Shown here: positions 1-12,629 of the stretch, piece after piece | How the letters are laid out: every line of letters begins with the position of its first letter | How positions within the stretch are numbered: position 1 is the first letter of the stretch | Assembly: GCA_001949185.1 (NCBI GenBank) | Contig: BDGG01000001.1 | Span: 6,051,591 to 6,115,590, forward strand | DNA length: 64,000 nucleotides | Source of the DNA: Ramazzottius varieornatus | Taxonomy: Eukaryota; Animalia; Tardigrada | Reading direction: 5' to 3' | Position numbers and translations under genes: made by a program | The notes under the pieces: generated by a model | Told to the model about the DNA's origin: nothing | Databases searched by the model: none | Seen by the model: only the letters and a program-made list of their open reading frames with translations

Positions 1-408
1 GACCATAGTGTCAGTTTTTTTACGCAAGTTATGACTGCCCGAAGCAAGACTATGTCTGCAGTGATGTGATCGGCAATCAGCCAGCGGCCGTTTTCTCCAG
101 GCTATACGATCGTGTTTTTGTAGGCAGAGCCAGAAGTTTCCATGACAAATACAACGGACATAATATTACGTACCATTTCCACTGTGCGCTGAAACACTGT
201 GTAACCCTTTCTGATCGACAGAGTGTTAAGGGCCGTCTAAGGGCTGTCTAAGGCCGTCAGACCCTTTTCGCAGAATTTTTCATTGTAGGAATTTGCAGCA
301 TGCATGTCGTTCGGTGAACACCATTCAAATCCGAGGTACTTTGGGCGAGATTTGAGGGTGCCGGTAGATTTTCGAACTCGGCATGGGCACCGAGTTCGAC
401 AACGTACC

Positions 409-1108
409 CATCCGGGTTATCCGGTTAAATATTCAAGTTAAAATTTTTCATTCGATCGAAGCTAAGGTGGAAGGTCTATCTGCACGACCTATTTCTTCAT
501 CGTCTATTGCATGTTCGACACTGTCTGACTGATTCCAAGAACGTTTTTGGCTGCTCATGCTGTAGATATGTGACTGCCTAACCTCCGGACTATAGCCCGT
601 CAAAGGTAATGGGTGGATAATAAACAGTCACAATTAATAACACGATCGAAGTGAAAACAGGGCAGTGTAATTAATTGGGCTTCCAGTGCCATAAAACACT
701 GTAAAAATTTGCTGCTTCGGCACAGTACGCCCTCGTTTGTGACACCGCACCCTCGTAGTTGTACGTATTCGTAGTCGGTAAAATCGGACGGGGACTGTCC
801 TTCACTTGTACGGTGACGCGCAGCGCCGACACAGCGAAATTTTCACTCAGAGCCGTCCATATGTAGGGCGGATCCTCATGCTTGTTTCAGGGAGACAAGT
901 TGGGTTGTTCTGCTTCGATTGTCTGAATGTGTCCAAGTACGCTTTATCCGGATAAATTTCGGATGGATAAAAGTATTATTCGGGTTACATCCGGACGGAT
1001 AAGAGTTCCATCAGATTAAGAGCTGGATGGATAAAAATCTCATCCAATCTGATCCGCATACAGCCGGATAAATCCGTCGTGGATGCGTAATCATCAATAG
1101 CATCTCTA
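409..1108. mobile_element. Probable non-autonomous hAT-like element fragment (right end with ATCCGG/GGATA subterminal repeats)
   Basis: Dense repeats of ATCC/GGAT(A) at 409-427 and 943-1085, ending in CATCTCTA (reverse complement TAGAGATG, a typical hAT terminus). Left TIR not found. Confidence 0.4.
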
Positions 1109-1699
1109 CACCCAGGATCCCCTAGTGCGGTAAATTCTGGATCTACTTTTTTTCCCATGGCAGTTTTTCGATGTTATTCTTTCGGCAAGCATAGCGCATA
1201 ATTCGTGACATTGTCTAGCAAAGTAATTACTTGGGCGAGCTTTTTCTCCAGTGTTCCTAGTATGCACGAATGTTTTTGACGTTTACGGTAGTGACCACTG
1301 CAGCCCGTAACCGCAGCGACTCATGGAGACAAAAACACAGATAACCGTACGCAGTCACAACTGCGACGTAAAGGATCCTCCAAGACCTTTTTCGCTCTGA
1401 ATGAATCAGGTACTCTGCCATCTTTGACTTGTGTTGAAATCCGGCACACAAGGAGATTCCAGTCGCGTAGGTCACTAAAGAGGCGAAGAACTAAGCTAGT
1501 TTTCTGGTGCCTTCAGGGTCGAGCGGGTTGTGGTGCGGATGAAGACGCGGAGATACAATCAGGATCATAGCTGCGTATTTCGCAATTCGGCGGGCTTTGT
1601 GGAGCTACGGTTCCTTTAATTTCGTGAACGTCACCCCAGCCCGAGGATCAAGTTCGCTGAGCAGTGAAACCAGTCTTACAGCGATCAACTCTTCGCCAA

Positions 1700-4600
1700 G
1701 CATACGAGTCCGTCTACTGACTCCTGTGGTCTATTCCTCCATCATTCTGGCGACTTATTCGACACTCGGTCCAGGCTTTGATCTGGCTTTAGAGACGTGA
1801 AGACTATATTTCCAAAGCTGAAGATCACGAAAGAGATTATCCGCGTTGATACCTCCGACTGTCAAAAATGGAATGACGAAGTTGTAAACCTTGTGGCTGC
1901 AGCGTATTATAAATCAACTCGTAAAGATGTTTCTAATAACGAAAGAGAAGTGTACCCGGAAGTAAGTTCCTGGCTATAATATCCAAGCACACAGTTTCAC
2001 GTCATTGCTGATCATTTCTTTTGAATTCTGTTCCGGAGACCAACCTCTGGCTCTCTTGGTGGGACAGTTAAATTTACTCTATATTACAAGGTCAGCAAGC
2101 TGTTGCTTTTGCACGATTGGTATATGGGTTTCGGCAGCCTTTTTGAAGTCACAACTTTTTGGCTCCGAACCACCCTTTTTCGACATGAATTGTAGGCAAT
2201 ATCAAGGGGCATCGAATGCTAGCTTCCCACGCTTCGCCACGGGTAGAAGTGTTGCAAAACTGTTCGCCCGTTTGAGAAGGGTTTGCCGAAAACTCTAGAG
2301 GTGATTAGTAGCTGGAGCACCTCCACATGGGAATTTATCGTTAGAACACATGCAGACGTACATTCGGGCTGTATGAAGTCGTTGTGACGTCAAAACTTTA
2401 CCAATCGAAACTTCGAATCACTTCAGACCTTTCTGGCGGAGTCATCTGGCCCCTGGTCAGCGGGCCAAATGGACTTCAGCATCGTGTTTCTCGATGTTTG
2501 CTACACTAGATTGCATCAGCCGTTTAACTTTGCCCTTGAGGTCCCAAAACTTTGAAGTCGATTCCTGAACAATTTGGTCGGTGATCGTTATGCCCAAAAA
2601 TGGACTGCCGATACCCATATACAGTCCGTACCAGCCAAGTCGATCCCTTCCACCTGAGCTTCCGATAAAAATTTCAGCTTCGCACAGTTAAGTTAATTCC
2701 CGCCCTTTTTCGGCGTGTAATGCAGGCCCTCTTTCATAGTTTGACACATGCGTACGATGAAAGGAATGAAACCAGATTTGAGATTTCTTTGCAAAGAGAA
2801 AGAGGACCGAAAACTGAGCGTTACAAAACGTCATCAAGAACTGAGAAACACCCCTTTCCCGAATGAAATCTGTTTTGGCGTGTGACAAATAACTTGGTTC
2901 ATCTTTTGCAAGCCGAAAAGACCAGGTTTGCGGTACTCGCACTTCACAGTGGCTCAGTAAAAGAGTGGCTCAGAGTTTCCCAGTATATTTCGTAGTCCAC
3001 GAGGAGCTCGAAATCCGCTTTCGGGTCTGAACAAACTTGAAGTCATTTGTGCCGCAACTAGACAAATGTTTGTCCTAATTATCTTTGAATGGATGTGTGG
3101 ACCGAAAACGTTTCCGTGACTGGATTTTTTTCGCGAACGCGGAAAATCGTCAAGACGCAGAGGATACAGGGTTCTCCCCCCCCCCCCANNNNNNNNNNNN
3201 NNNNNNNNNNNNNNNNNNNNNNNNNNNNNNNNNNNNNNTCCCCCCCCCCCCAGCTCACAGAATGGTCGCTGTCTTTCAACGTAATTTTCGAACCGATTTC
3301 GGCAACTTCCGTTCACAGAATTTTTTTAGAAAGATGATCTTGAGCTCCTTGAAATCAAGGTTGCTCGACAGAAAATTTATCGGGCTTTATTTTGATGTTC
3401 CAGTGTTCCCACAAAGCATCTCGCGCATGGGAATCGTTTAAAGTAGGTAGATGCATAAACTTAGTTTCATGTTGCTTTGAAAGCCTACTGAGCTCTTAGA
3501 ATTAAGGCATCAACTTGGCCGATACAGACTGTAGAGCCTAGGATGTCGTCAGTTATACCGATATCCCAAAATGTTTGTCGTGTCATTCCTAGTGTGACTA
3601 CTCCTGCGAGCGTTGGCCGCCGGCAGACAGCAAGGTTTCCAACTTGGCTGTCGACAGGAGTCACCACCACCCTCGTGCCTTACGTCAAATTGTACAACAA
3701 CCTGATGGTCAGACTCGGCTGGAGCACTGCAGTTATCGTGGCGGACATTGGTGGAAACCCGTTTATCGAACAAGTAGCCCGCGTTGTCTTCCAAGAGCTG
3801 ATATTCAGCAAAGGCTACCAGATCGATTATCTTTCTCTTAACTCTTCCACAGCTTCAGCTGAAGATTTGTCGCGTCTGCTGAAGACCGTCCAGCACACGT
3901 TACAGTCGAGGTATGGCAATTCAAGAACAAGGGATAATGTTTGGCGTACTGTAATACCTAGACGCATACGTAGCTGTTAGCGGAGCAGCTCTGCGTGCCC
4001 TGTAAACCTGAAAAGCATTCGCGTCTTAGTATGCCTGTTCTTTGGAACATCCGGACCTCTGCGGCAGTTACTGGTGAGAAGGCTTTGCGCCGGTACAATT
4101 GTGCGGGGATATTTAAAGTTTTGAGTTTTCCTATCATACAGGAAGTTACAGACCATCTGAAAATGACCAGTGGCGATTATGTAAGTGCCGTCGCGAATAC
4201 TCAGTATGGGAAAAAACGATCGAAAATCGATGGGCGGGTTCGTGGGCCGGTACACGTCCGGTGCTATGAGCGTTTACCTGATAGACGTAAGAGTCATTTG
4301 TTTCTTCACCCCGGTGAGACAAGATGTTTACCTTGGCCGCCTGTGGATCGCGTGTTTGTGATGGAGTTTTAGGATGGGACAGAGTGAAATAAATTCTGCT
4401 GCAGGTTCACGAGGTGGACAAACGATTTGCACCGAAAGTTCTAATCAGGCATTAGATTGTAGCAAGTACCAACCCATCAACCCGCTACCATTGCCGATTG
4501 TTTGATTTGCCATACTGAGTACTTAACGTCGGCAATGTTATGATCCGGAACAATATGCTCCTTTCTTCGCTTTTCGCACTTTGGTCAAAGCAGCCCGAAT

Positions 4601-6050
4601 TTGTTTTATTTGACTGCAGGTATATTACGCCACCTACTTTTACCTGATGGAAGGTTTTGAGGGTTGGAAAGTTCAACAAGAGAACGGACTGGTGCGAATG
4701 GTCGTTACAAACTTTATTCATCGAAATAGTCTGCACTTTATGAGGTTTCCCACGTTCTAGAGCTCCGAGGACCGTTACAAAACTTTGTTTTTGATTGAAG
4801 CTGACTACCGCGGCGTTTACGATCCGGATGCCCGGCATTTCAACATTATCTGGAAGGAAAGGTCCGCAAGAGAATACGGTAAACTGTATCTAACCAGCTG
4901 GTAGGCGAACTGTGCTGTCGGGAACATGTATTGCTATCGGTACGAGGTAAACGACATAATTCTGGCATAGTGGTTTTTCGATCGTAGTTCGGGCATGTAT
5001 TTTCTGGCTCATGTTTCCTGTAATCAACCGCTTCTTGTTTTCTGAGGTAGAACGATTCCCCCGTTCGAGATCTTAGTGGGTATGAGAACGACAACGCGTT
5101 GTAGATCACAGGAATTTGTCCTGGGAGAGAGATCGATCAGTCTAATGTCAAGAAGCCTAAAGTTGTATCAACAAACTTACGATGAGAGATAAATCAAGCG
5201 TTGTCGAGGATGTTCACACTTTTCGCGTTGCCCGAATCGTGGCCCGAATTATGGCCCGAAAATTAATAAACTCTAATTATATCGTTTACCTCGTAGCGTC
5301 TTCGTGCGTAATATCGAATCCATGCGGTCGTCTTTGCCCGGATGACGCCACTACCTGCCAGCTCTTACAGCGCGATCATGATTCTGGCGCAGGTACGACG
5401 TGTCCAAGTCTGCTCGGAACAGCCGGCTGTTCTCTGAACGACCAGATTCTCGGTAGGTTATTGCTGAATCGACTCGCGGAAGACATGACTACGATTTCTC
5501 TGACGGAGCCAGGCTAGCCGGTCACTTCCACAACAGGACATTCGTCTCCACGGGATCGCGGTCAGTTCCTATTAACGTGAAGAAGCTGACTAACTTCACA
5601 CGCGGTTTTCACGTATTCGGATTACCCATCAAAAAGTTCCATGTGCACGTACCGCATTCGGTGCAGCATACTGTATTGCCCCGGTAGCTCCGACATACGT
5701 CCCGCGCTGCCGCTAGGGGGCGCATGTTGGAGCTGTCGGGGCGATACAATCGGAATCCTATAAACCCTTTTTCCCAGACTGTCTTCATCCAAGATGCAGA
5801 AAGCTACCAGTGAACCAAAGTTTCGAATTTCAGTTGGCCAACCGAATGGCCGATTCCTGGTCAGCCGTTTGTGGTGCAGGCAACACCATATGCACCAAAA
5901 CCGGTATTTACCGACCACACCACACTATCATGGCCTATCCTTTGTACATCAAGAGTTTTGTTTTTACAGCAAAGACCAGGGACACACTGCTGGGCGCGAT
6001 GTTAGCTTCCGTTCTGGTATTGGCGTTTCTGGCAGCTCTAATAAGGCTGA
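1700..6050 (+). pseudogene. ANF-receptor/receptor-guanylate-cyclase-like extracellular domain plus TM helix, multi-exon, frameshifted
   Basis: Exon peptides: LATYSTLGPGFDLALET/VKTIFPKL...AAAYYKS (frameshift near 1797), GDQPLALLVGQLNLLYIT (donor 2091, acceptor 3592), ARFPTWLSTG...LGWSTAVIVAD, VCLFFGTSGPLRQLL, KMTSGDY, YKTLFLIE, ASSYSAIMILAQV, then TM LLGAMLASVLVLAFLAALIRLR (~5985-6050). The order fits the ANF_receptor ligand-binding fold. Start codon not resolved. Confidence 0.6.
3189..3238. other. Assembly gap (50 N) between poly-C runs
   Basis: Run of N. Confidence 0.99.
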
Positions 6051-7712
6051 GGTGAAGCTGTTTCTGGTTTAACACATCGATCAACGCCGTCTATTTACAG
6101 ACCAAATGGGACAGCCCTGTGTTAAAGCGTATCGTTTCCTAACGGGAGCCTTTCGACTTGTAATTACAGGTTACATTTTGCTGCTTGGGGGGGGGGGAGA
6201 GTTTATGGTGGGATTAGAACAAATTCGCTTCAACTTGCATCCAAAATCTTGGCGACGACAAACTCTTTGATCAGTTAACAGCATTGATACTCCAGCGGCG
6301 GTGCTACTGTTTGAGCGAGGACAGGGTGGACATGTTTTACAAATTATTTATGCCGCTCTTTTGTGTTGCATTTGCTGTGCACTGATAACAACAAGCTTTG
6401 AAGTTTTGCCATCAGATTCAGAATTGGTCGGTGTATGACCAAAAATTTTCTAAAACGCTTATGCGGAGCAAATGTCAGTGAAAGCAACGCTAATCGGATT
6501 GACATCACAATCAGAAATGAGTTTGAACTCATAATAAATATGATGATCATCTTGTGTTGTTACACCTATATCCCTGCGTACTGATTTGCCGCCAGTCACA
6601 AGTAAAACAAGCGGACTTCTTGTTTCGAAGCGTAGGCGTACAGAACTTAGTTGTCTTCACATGTGAATGAAACGGTCGGCCCACCCACGCTGGTCCTAAA
6701 TAGATTTGTTAATGTGTTCACTGCATACAACTAGTTGATAATTTCAATGCACAGCAAACTCAGTAACTCCAACGTAATATTTTTAGTTTAATTTCCTTGA
6801 CCAGCTTGAGGCCGAGGTACGACTGAGCAAATTTTGAACTATTCCATCGATGAATTATGAATACTAGCTTCAAAAACATTGAAAATCACTGAAAAACATT
6901 GAAACGGCGAAAAAACGTTGCGGTTGCACCGGAGAACGTTGTTTACATTTTGTTAGCCATGGCTCGCCGTACTAGGTATGAGGAAGTAGAATCAGCCAAC
7001 CGAGGTTTATAATGTACGATACAGAAAGCAACTTACATTAAACGCCGTTTTCCATTTAGAGAAACAAAACGATCATCAGCGCTCGTTTTCAAATACACGA
7101 AGGAGAACTTTGTTGCTTTCGAGAACTCATCCAAGTTGGACCGGTCAGATGCGGTTCCAACCGGAAGTGCCTTGTGTGGAACCCGGACTCAGCTATCTAA
7201 AGTATCTGGTCACCAGGGTACCTCAAGAAAGTACAAAAGAGTACTGCAGCGACGAGAATTGAGAAGGAAATGAGATGTCTGAAGGGCTCGGTTGAGCTGG
7301 TTCATAAGCTTTCGCGCCAGATGCAAGAGCGTAGCTTCCTAGTTCATTCAAGTTTCGGTACGTCTAGATTTGTAAACAGGCTCGACATGCAGTTTTGTAG
7401 CTTGGTCAAAATTACGGAACTGCTTGTGGAGCCTGTTTAGAGTCTGCCTTCTTGAGACTGGTGGCCGTTTCGGCCGCCCATAGTCGTGTTCCAGAGCAGC
7501 ACAGCGCTGAAGGTGCAACGTTTCAGAATAACGTCGCTGATAATGTTATGATAAAAATATCTTGTAAATATAGTAGAAAAAATGTCACTTACGAGTTCAC
7601 GCATATGGCTGAATTTGTGAGCGACAGCATTTCTGCAAACCGGGGGGGGGGGGGGCGGGACGGGCAACGTCAGCGAAATTTTGCGCGGATTTTTTGAATT
7701 GGTTTTGGTTTC

Positions 7713-7762
7713 NNNNNNNNNNNNNNNNNNNNNNNNNNNNNNNNNNNNNNNNNNNNNNNNNN
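7713..7762. other. Assembly gap (50 N) with duplicated flanks
   Basis: Run of N; 7639-7712 is a near-copy of 7763-7836. Confidence 0.99.
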
Positions 7763-8151
7763 ACCGGGGGGGGGGGGGGGCGGGACGGGCAGCGTCAGCG
7801 AAATTTTGCGCGTATTTTTTGAATTGTTTTTGGTTTCTCCGCCTGCAGCGTGTTAGATCCGTCCTTTTGTTTTTTAGTAACCACTCCAATCGTACTTCTT
7901 CCATGAAACATTTGCATGAGGAAACGTAGTAGTATTGATCGTCAGATATAAATAATTTAACTGAGGTCCCCACTTTTTACCCGTAAAATGCATGGTTTTC
8001 AATAGCTCACACAGATCAAATGATCGGTGTTTTGCGGAGAAAACCTCCAAAAAAATTCAAGACAGAGACATATTCTGTTGAGTGAACTGAAGTTGGAAAT
8101 GTATAGCTGGAAGCGACTTTGCCACGAATTTTCAAGATCGTTTTCAACTTA

Positions 8152-9892
8152 CAGTCCTACCTCCGAGATGTGTCAATTGCTTTAATTTGACCGAATCATG
8201 CAGATCACCGTATCGCTAACCAAAAACATGGCGGTCCATAGGGACTACAAGAAATTGTAGTTGATTCCCCATTCACTTGATTCGTTCTACTCGTGCAACA
8301 AGCACCGTTGCACATTTGACTGATTGCTTCTTTCTTAATTCGCAAGCAATCTCTCTCTTTACTCCTCAAAGCTTCCAGACATTGTTACTGTATTCCACCA
8401 TGGCTACGCAGATGGAGGTTAACACGGCTGGACGAGCACGGAAACGTTTGACGCTGAAAGACAAGAAAGAAATCCTGCGACTGTATCCGAAGAAGGTAAG
8501 CCTGCGCTTGGCCAAAGTCATCGATTTCATCGTTCGAGATTTTCTATCGTGCTGTTGTGATCTCGCGATTGGTTTCAGATGTGTTTGAGTGAGGTGATGC
8601 GAATATTTAATATCAAGTCTAAAACCACGGTGCGTCGATTGGACAAGAAGAGAGAGTTGTTTTTGTCAGCTCCAGAGGATGACAAAGCTCCGAAGAAGAT
8701 CATCACAATACGAAAGTTCGAAGAAGTGGAGAAAGCACTGCTGAAGTTTGTGGAGGACTGTCATGCGAGAGACATGCCGCTTTCCAGGAATGATCTGAAG
8801 CAAGAAGCCCTGGACATTGCGCAAAGACTGCAGATCAAAGGGTTCACCGGAAGTAACGGATGGGTACATAAATTCATGAAGCGATATGACCTCGGATCCG
8901 TCGTGCTGCACGGTAATGCTCTGGCTTTGAATATGAAATTCTCTCCTTTCAAATTCTCTAGGTTTCGTTACTCATGTTATCAGGTGAAGAAGCTTCTGCA
9001 AGTCAAGACGTTGCTGACAGCTGGATATCCAACGACATCCCAACCATCATACAGTCTTACAAGAACGAAGACATTATTAACTGTGACGAAACTGGGACTC
9101 AGTATCGTGCTCTACCGAAGAAGACTCTGACGAAGAAGGGACAGAAGAAGAAAGGCGGAAAAGTCAACAAAGAAAGACTATCAGTTCTTTTTTGTTGCAG
9201 CGCAGCCGGAAAGAAATTGCCGCCCCTCATCATTGGAAATTCAAAGAAACCTCGCATCTTCACGAAAGCCAAGTTAGATATCCAGAAAGCGGGCTTCAGT
9301 TGGTACGCGAACTCTACTGCATGGATGAAGACAGGAATATTTGAAGAATGGCTTACGAACCTCAATAACAGCATGAAAGCCCAGAAGCGAAAGATCCTGT
9401 TGCTCCTTAATAACTTCTCAGCCCATCGCGTCGATAGCAAGTCGAACGTCAGACTTGTATTCCTTCCACCGAACCTGACAAGCAAGGTTCAACCTCTCGA
9501 CAAAGGCATCATAGCGTCCTACAAGAAGTACGAGCAAAGATTCAAGGCTAAACATCGAAGAAAGAGCCTGTATAATTTCAGTAGTGCTTCTGACTATACG
9601 AAGTATATCAACGTTTTGGATGCGGTCAAGTGGGTTGTCAGAGGATGGGCAGAATTCAAAGAAAGCACTATTCGGAACTGTTTTAGAGCTGCTGGAGTGT
9701 ACCACATGACCGAGAGAAGGTGAGTTCGTGATCTGAACTTCTGACTGTGATAGAATACTTGGTATTAAATGGCAGCTTTGTACTGTATGGCTAACCATAT
9801 TTCGGGCGCTCTGGTTTGCCGTGTAGTGAACAGATGGGTCATTGCAAATAGGAATCAAGGGTTTGAATTGACACATCTCGGAGGTAGCACTG
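8152..9892 (+). mobile_element. Full-length pogo/Tigger DNA transposon (1741 bp)
   Basis: 27-bp TIRs CAGTCCTACCTCCGAGATGTGTCAATT (8152-8178) and AATTGACACATCTCGGAGGTAGCACTG (9866-9892) with 1 mismatch; TA target duplication at 8150-8151 and 9893-9894. Confidence 0.93.
8400..9723 (+). CDS. Tigger/pogo-type transposase (CENP-B-type HTH + DDE_1), spliced
   Basis: ATG in CCACCATGG. Exons 8400-8495, 8579-8912, 8984-9723, with a possible extra donor at 9720. Motifs RKRLTLKDKKEIL, FTGSNGWVHKFMKRY, NCDETG, KERLSVLFCCSAAG, WMKTGIFEEWL, LLLLNNFSAH, FLPPNLTSKVQPLDKGII. Confidence 0.9.
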
Positions 9893-10357
9893 TATAGCGA
9901 ACACCCCGTACATCAGGGACGAGTTATGCGATAGCGTACTCGGCAGGACTGACGAGGGCTTGAAGCGTCAAAAAGCAACCGAAGAGTGATCCAGCAATGG
10001 CATCGCCAAAATTGCGCACGTGACTCCACGGTCCGGTTCTGGAAATCTTCATGAGAAAAGGCTAGCGTCGCATTTTGCGCTTCTCCCTTGCACGGCACTG
10101 CGACTATTCATGTAACAATCATTCCCCAAGATCACGGGTAATGGATAATGAGTTGGGAATCGAGTGCGGAGACATGGATCATGAAATTAGTAAACTATGA
10201 TCCGCGCCGTTCGGGATGTGGACTTTAGAACACATTAATAGAAGTAAAAACACATAAAAGTAGCACATTAATTGAAAATGAGTTGATCGGACGGAAAACA
10301 AGGAAGTACCTCGAGATCCGACATTCTGGACACAACAGAAATATCGAACAATACTGA

Positions 10358-10770
10358 GGGCTTACAAAGACTAAGCTGGCTTCGTGGTGTAATTACACCA
10401 GCTACTTTGGTGGATACGCCCAGAAAACTTTTTCAACGAGTTAGGAAGGCGGTGTAACGGCTTGCTTTGAAAGCCCCGCACTGCAGGTAAGCACGATCGG
10501 AGGATTATGGGATCTTTGATGTCGGGGGAACCAATGTACACTCACCAGTAGGACGAGTAGCGAGACACTTCGTCATGGACGTGACTTTTGAAAGTTTGGA
10601 GGAGAGCACAGCGCACTCGGGATGTTGGTTAAGTCTGGTGTAATTACGAGTCGTTCCGGAGCGACTCGTAAGTACACCGAAAGTATAATGTCTGGTGGAA
10701 TGAATAGGCCAATCGCAAGGGTATGGGTGGAGCCAATTACACCAGCGGTGTAATCTATCTTTGTTAGCCC
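10358..10770. mobile_element. PIF/Harbinger-like MITE
   Basis: Ends GGGCTTACAAAGA...TCTTTGTTAGCCC flanked by TGA/TTA; repeated internal GGTGTAAT/ATTACACC motifs. Confidence 0.6.
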
Positions 10771-10773
10771 TTA

Positions 10774-10860
10774 CTGTAATGCTTCATGAACTTCGCAAAG
10801 CACGTCATCATACGCGTACAGTTGAATTCCGGTCCGAAAGTTTTGCCCTACCAACCTCCA
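10774..10860. mobile_element. Truncated copy of the CTGTAATGCTTCATG MITE family
   Basis: Matches the left half of the 20884-21025 copy. Confidence 0.75.
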
Positions 10861-11020
10861 ATACGTAAATAATTACTGCTGGTATTTTCATATCGCTGAC
10901 CAGGCGTCAAAACTTGACCCAGCCTTCAGAAATAGCCAGCCCATCATCAAAATTTGAAATGATATACTCAGACGGAAAAATTCGAGACAGACAAGAAGCC
11001 ATTAACTTTCATACGGGAAA

Positions 11021-11110
11021 TAAGTCCGGATCACGACCTATCATACCTCGGCATCGGTCGTGACTTCGATCACAAGGGCCAAGTATCACGTTTCCGCAAC
11101 TTCCACATCC
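11021..11110. repeat. GATC-rich dispersed repeat, homologous to 13120-13210
   Basis: Both share CCGGATCACGACCT...GGCCAAGTRTCACGTTT-C-GCAACTTC. Probably an older element into which the maT inserted. Confidence 0.55.
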
Positions 11111-11347
11111 AGGATTGTGGCGAAATGGGAAACGTGAGTGGAAAGTACGAACGGCCATCTTTCCCCGGGCATCGAGTGCGGAGAAATGAAGTATAATGCT
11201 CACTTCATGCTATTTTCCAGCCCCGACGCTTAATGTGGTATTGTACTACGTTTCCGCGATCAGATATCAATGAGAACTCGATTTTGTGATCAGACCCATT
11301 ATACTTGATCGTGATTCGGCACTTGGATCGCGGTTTCTAGTATAATA

Positions 11348-12629
11348 CAGCCCGTTCACGCCAAGTCGCTACCACCTCTTCATAAAATTCGTGTACATTT
11401 CAGAACGAAACTAAAACCCTTAATCTAATTCTACATGATCCTTCTTGTCCAGCATCTTTTGAACACGACTTTCCCTGGACGAAAGTGATCGACGGATGAT
11501 TCCGAGGTCGAAGTCTGCACACACCCCTTGGAGGACCTTGCTTAGACCCGCTATAGTGGTAACCTTCCGTTAACCTAAAATTTTTTTCGAAATTCCGTTG
11601 ATGGCATAATCCAGAGGAGCTAAGTCGGGGCTGTTGGCCATCCACTGATAGTGCGGGATGTAGTTCGGATGATTCGCTTCCATGTAGTTTTGCGTCATAA
11701 TCGCCACATGAGACTTTGCACTGTCGAAATGCACCATGACATCCTGCGGATTTTTGGGGTACAGCCGGGGAATGTCCTTTTTCACCATCGGCGACAGAAC
11801 ATTGTCCACGAAGTACTGCGCTGTAACTTTCGCTTTGCCGTCAACGACGTAGGGCTTTGACATTCCGTTCCAACAGATTCCATTTGCGACCATGATTTTC
11901 TGGGGCCAGTGCTTCACCGGCTTTTTGCGCCACTCGTCCGGCACCTCCAAAACTCCATCCGTGTAGAAATAATCTCCTTCGCTGTTGCAGTAGTCAAGAG
12001 TAATCCATGTTTCGTCCATCGTAGAGATTTTCTTGACTCTGTTACCCCATAGGTATGATATAAACAGCGTTCCACGTTCGTACCTCTGTTTTTTCTGCGC
12101 TTTCGTCAGGTAATGGTCTTCTTCTTCTTGCGCGCGTTCAATCCCAGATCCCGATGGATGATGTTGCTCACAGCGCCAAGGGAACATCCTAGCTTGTGGG
12201 AAAGCTTCCGATGGGAATCTGGATGCGTTTTGAGAACTGCTCTCTTCACTTTCTTGATGGTGTCCTTCGTACGTACCGTAGGGAGGTTTTGCGGAGGGAG
12301 TCGTCTCGCCGGTTTGGCCCATCCGATTTGCTTCTTTCCTTCTTCATTGATCAGCTTACCGATCATTTTATAATGGATAGGAGTTCCAAGATCGGCAAGT
12401 CGAGATGAAATCTGCTTGTACGACAAACGTTCGGTGTGCAATGCCATGACCACAGCCTTCGTTTGAAAAATAGTTTCCGAACCCATTTCAGAACCACACT
12501 CAGCAAGAAATATCTTAAAAGATGCGGCATGGAAAATAAAATATGAGCTCAGCTGAGATGATGAAAAAGCAAGTACAGGGATTGTTTTTACAGCCTAGTT
12601 TCAGGTGATAGCGACTTGGCGTGAACGTG
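11348..12629 (-). mobile_element. Tc1/mariner superfamily DD37D (maT) transposon, 1282 bp
   Basis: TIRs CAGCCCGTTCACGCCAAGTCGCTACCACCT (11348-11377) and AGGTGATAGCGACTTGGCGTGAACG-TG (12603-12629, 3-bp deletion); TA on both flanks. Confidence 0.9.
11422..12486 (-). pseudogene. DD37D maT transposase, disrupted
   Basis: HTH region (12486-12110), then TMDETW...HFDSAKSH-(37 residues between the Ds)-SPDLAPLDY. Frameshift near 12113 and premature TAA at 11570-11572, after which the frame continues RKVTTIAGLSKVL. Confidence 0.88.

Noticed and set aside
7639-7836. Tandem duplication of a poly-G/GGCGGGACGGGC block
   Set aside because: The two copies straddle an N gap and differ only in the way expected of poor reads after poly-G; probably an unmerged contig overlap.
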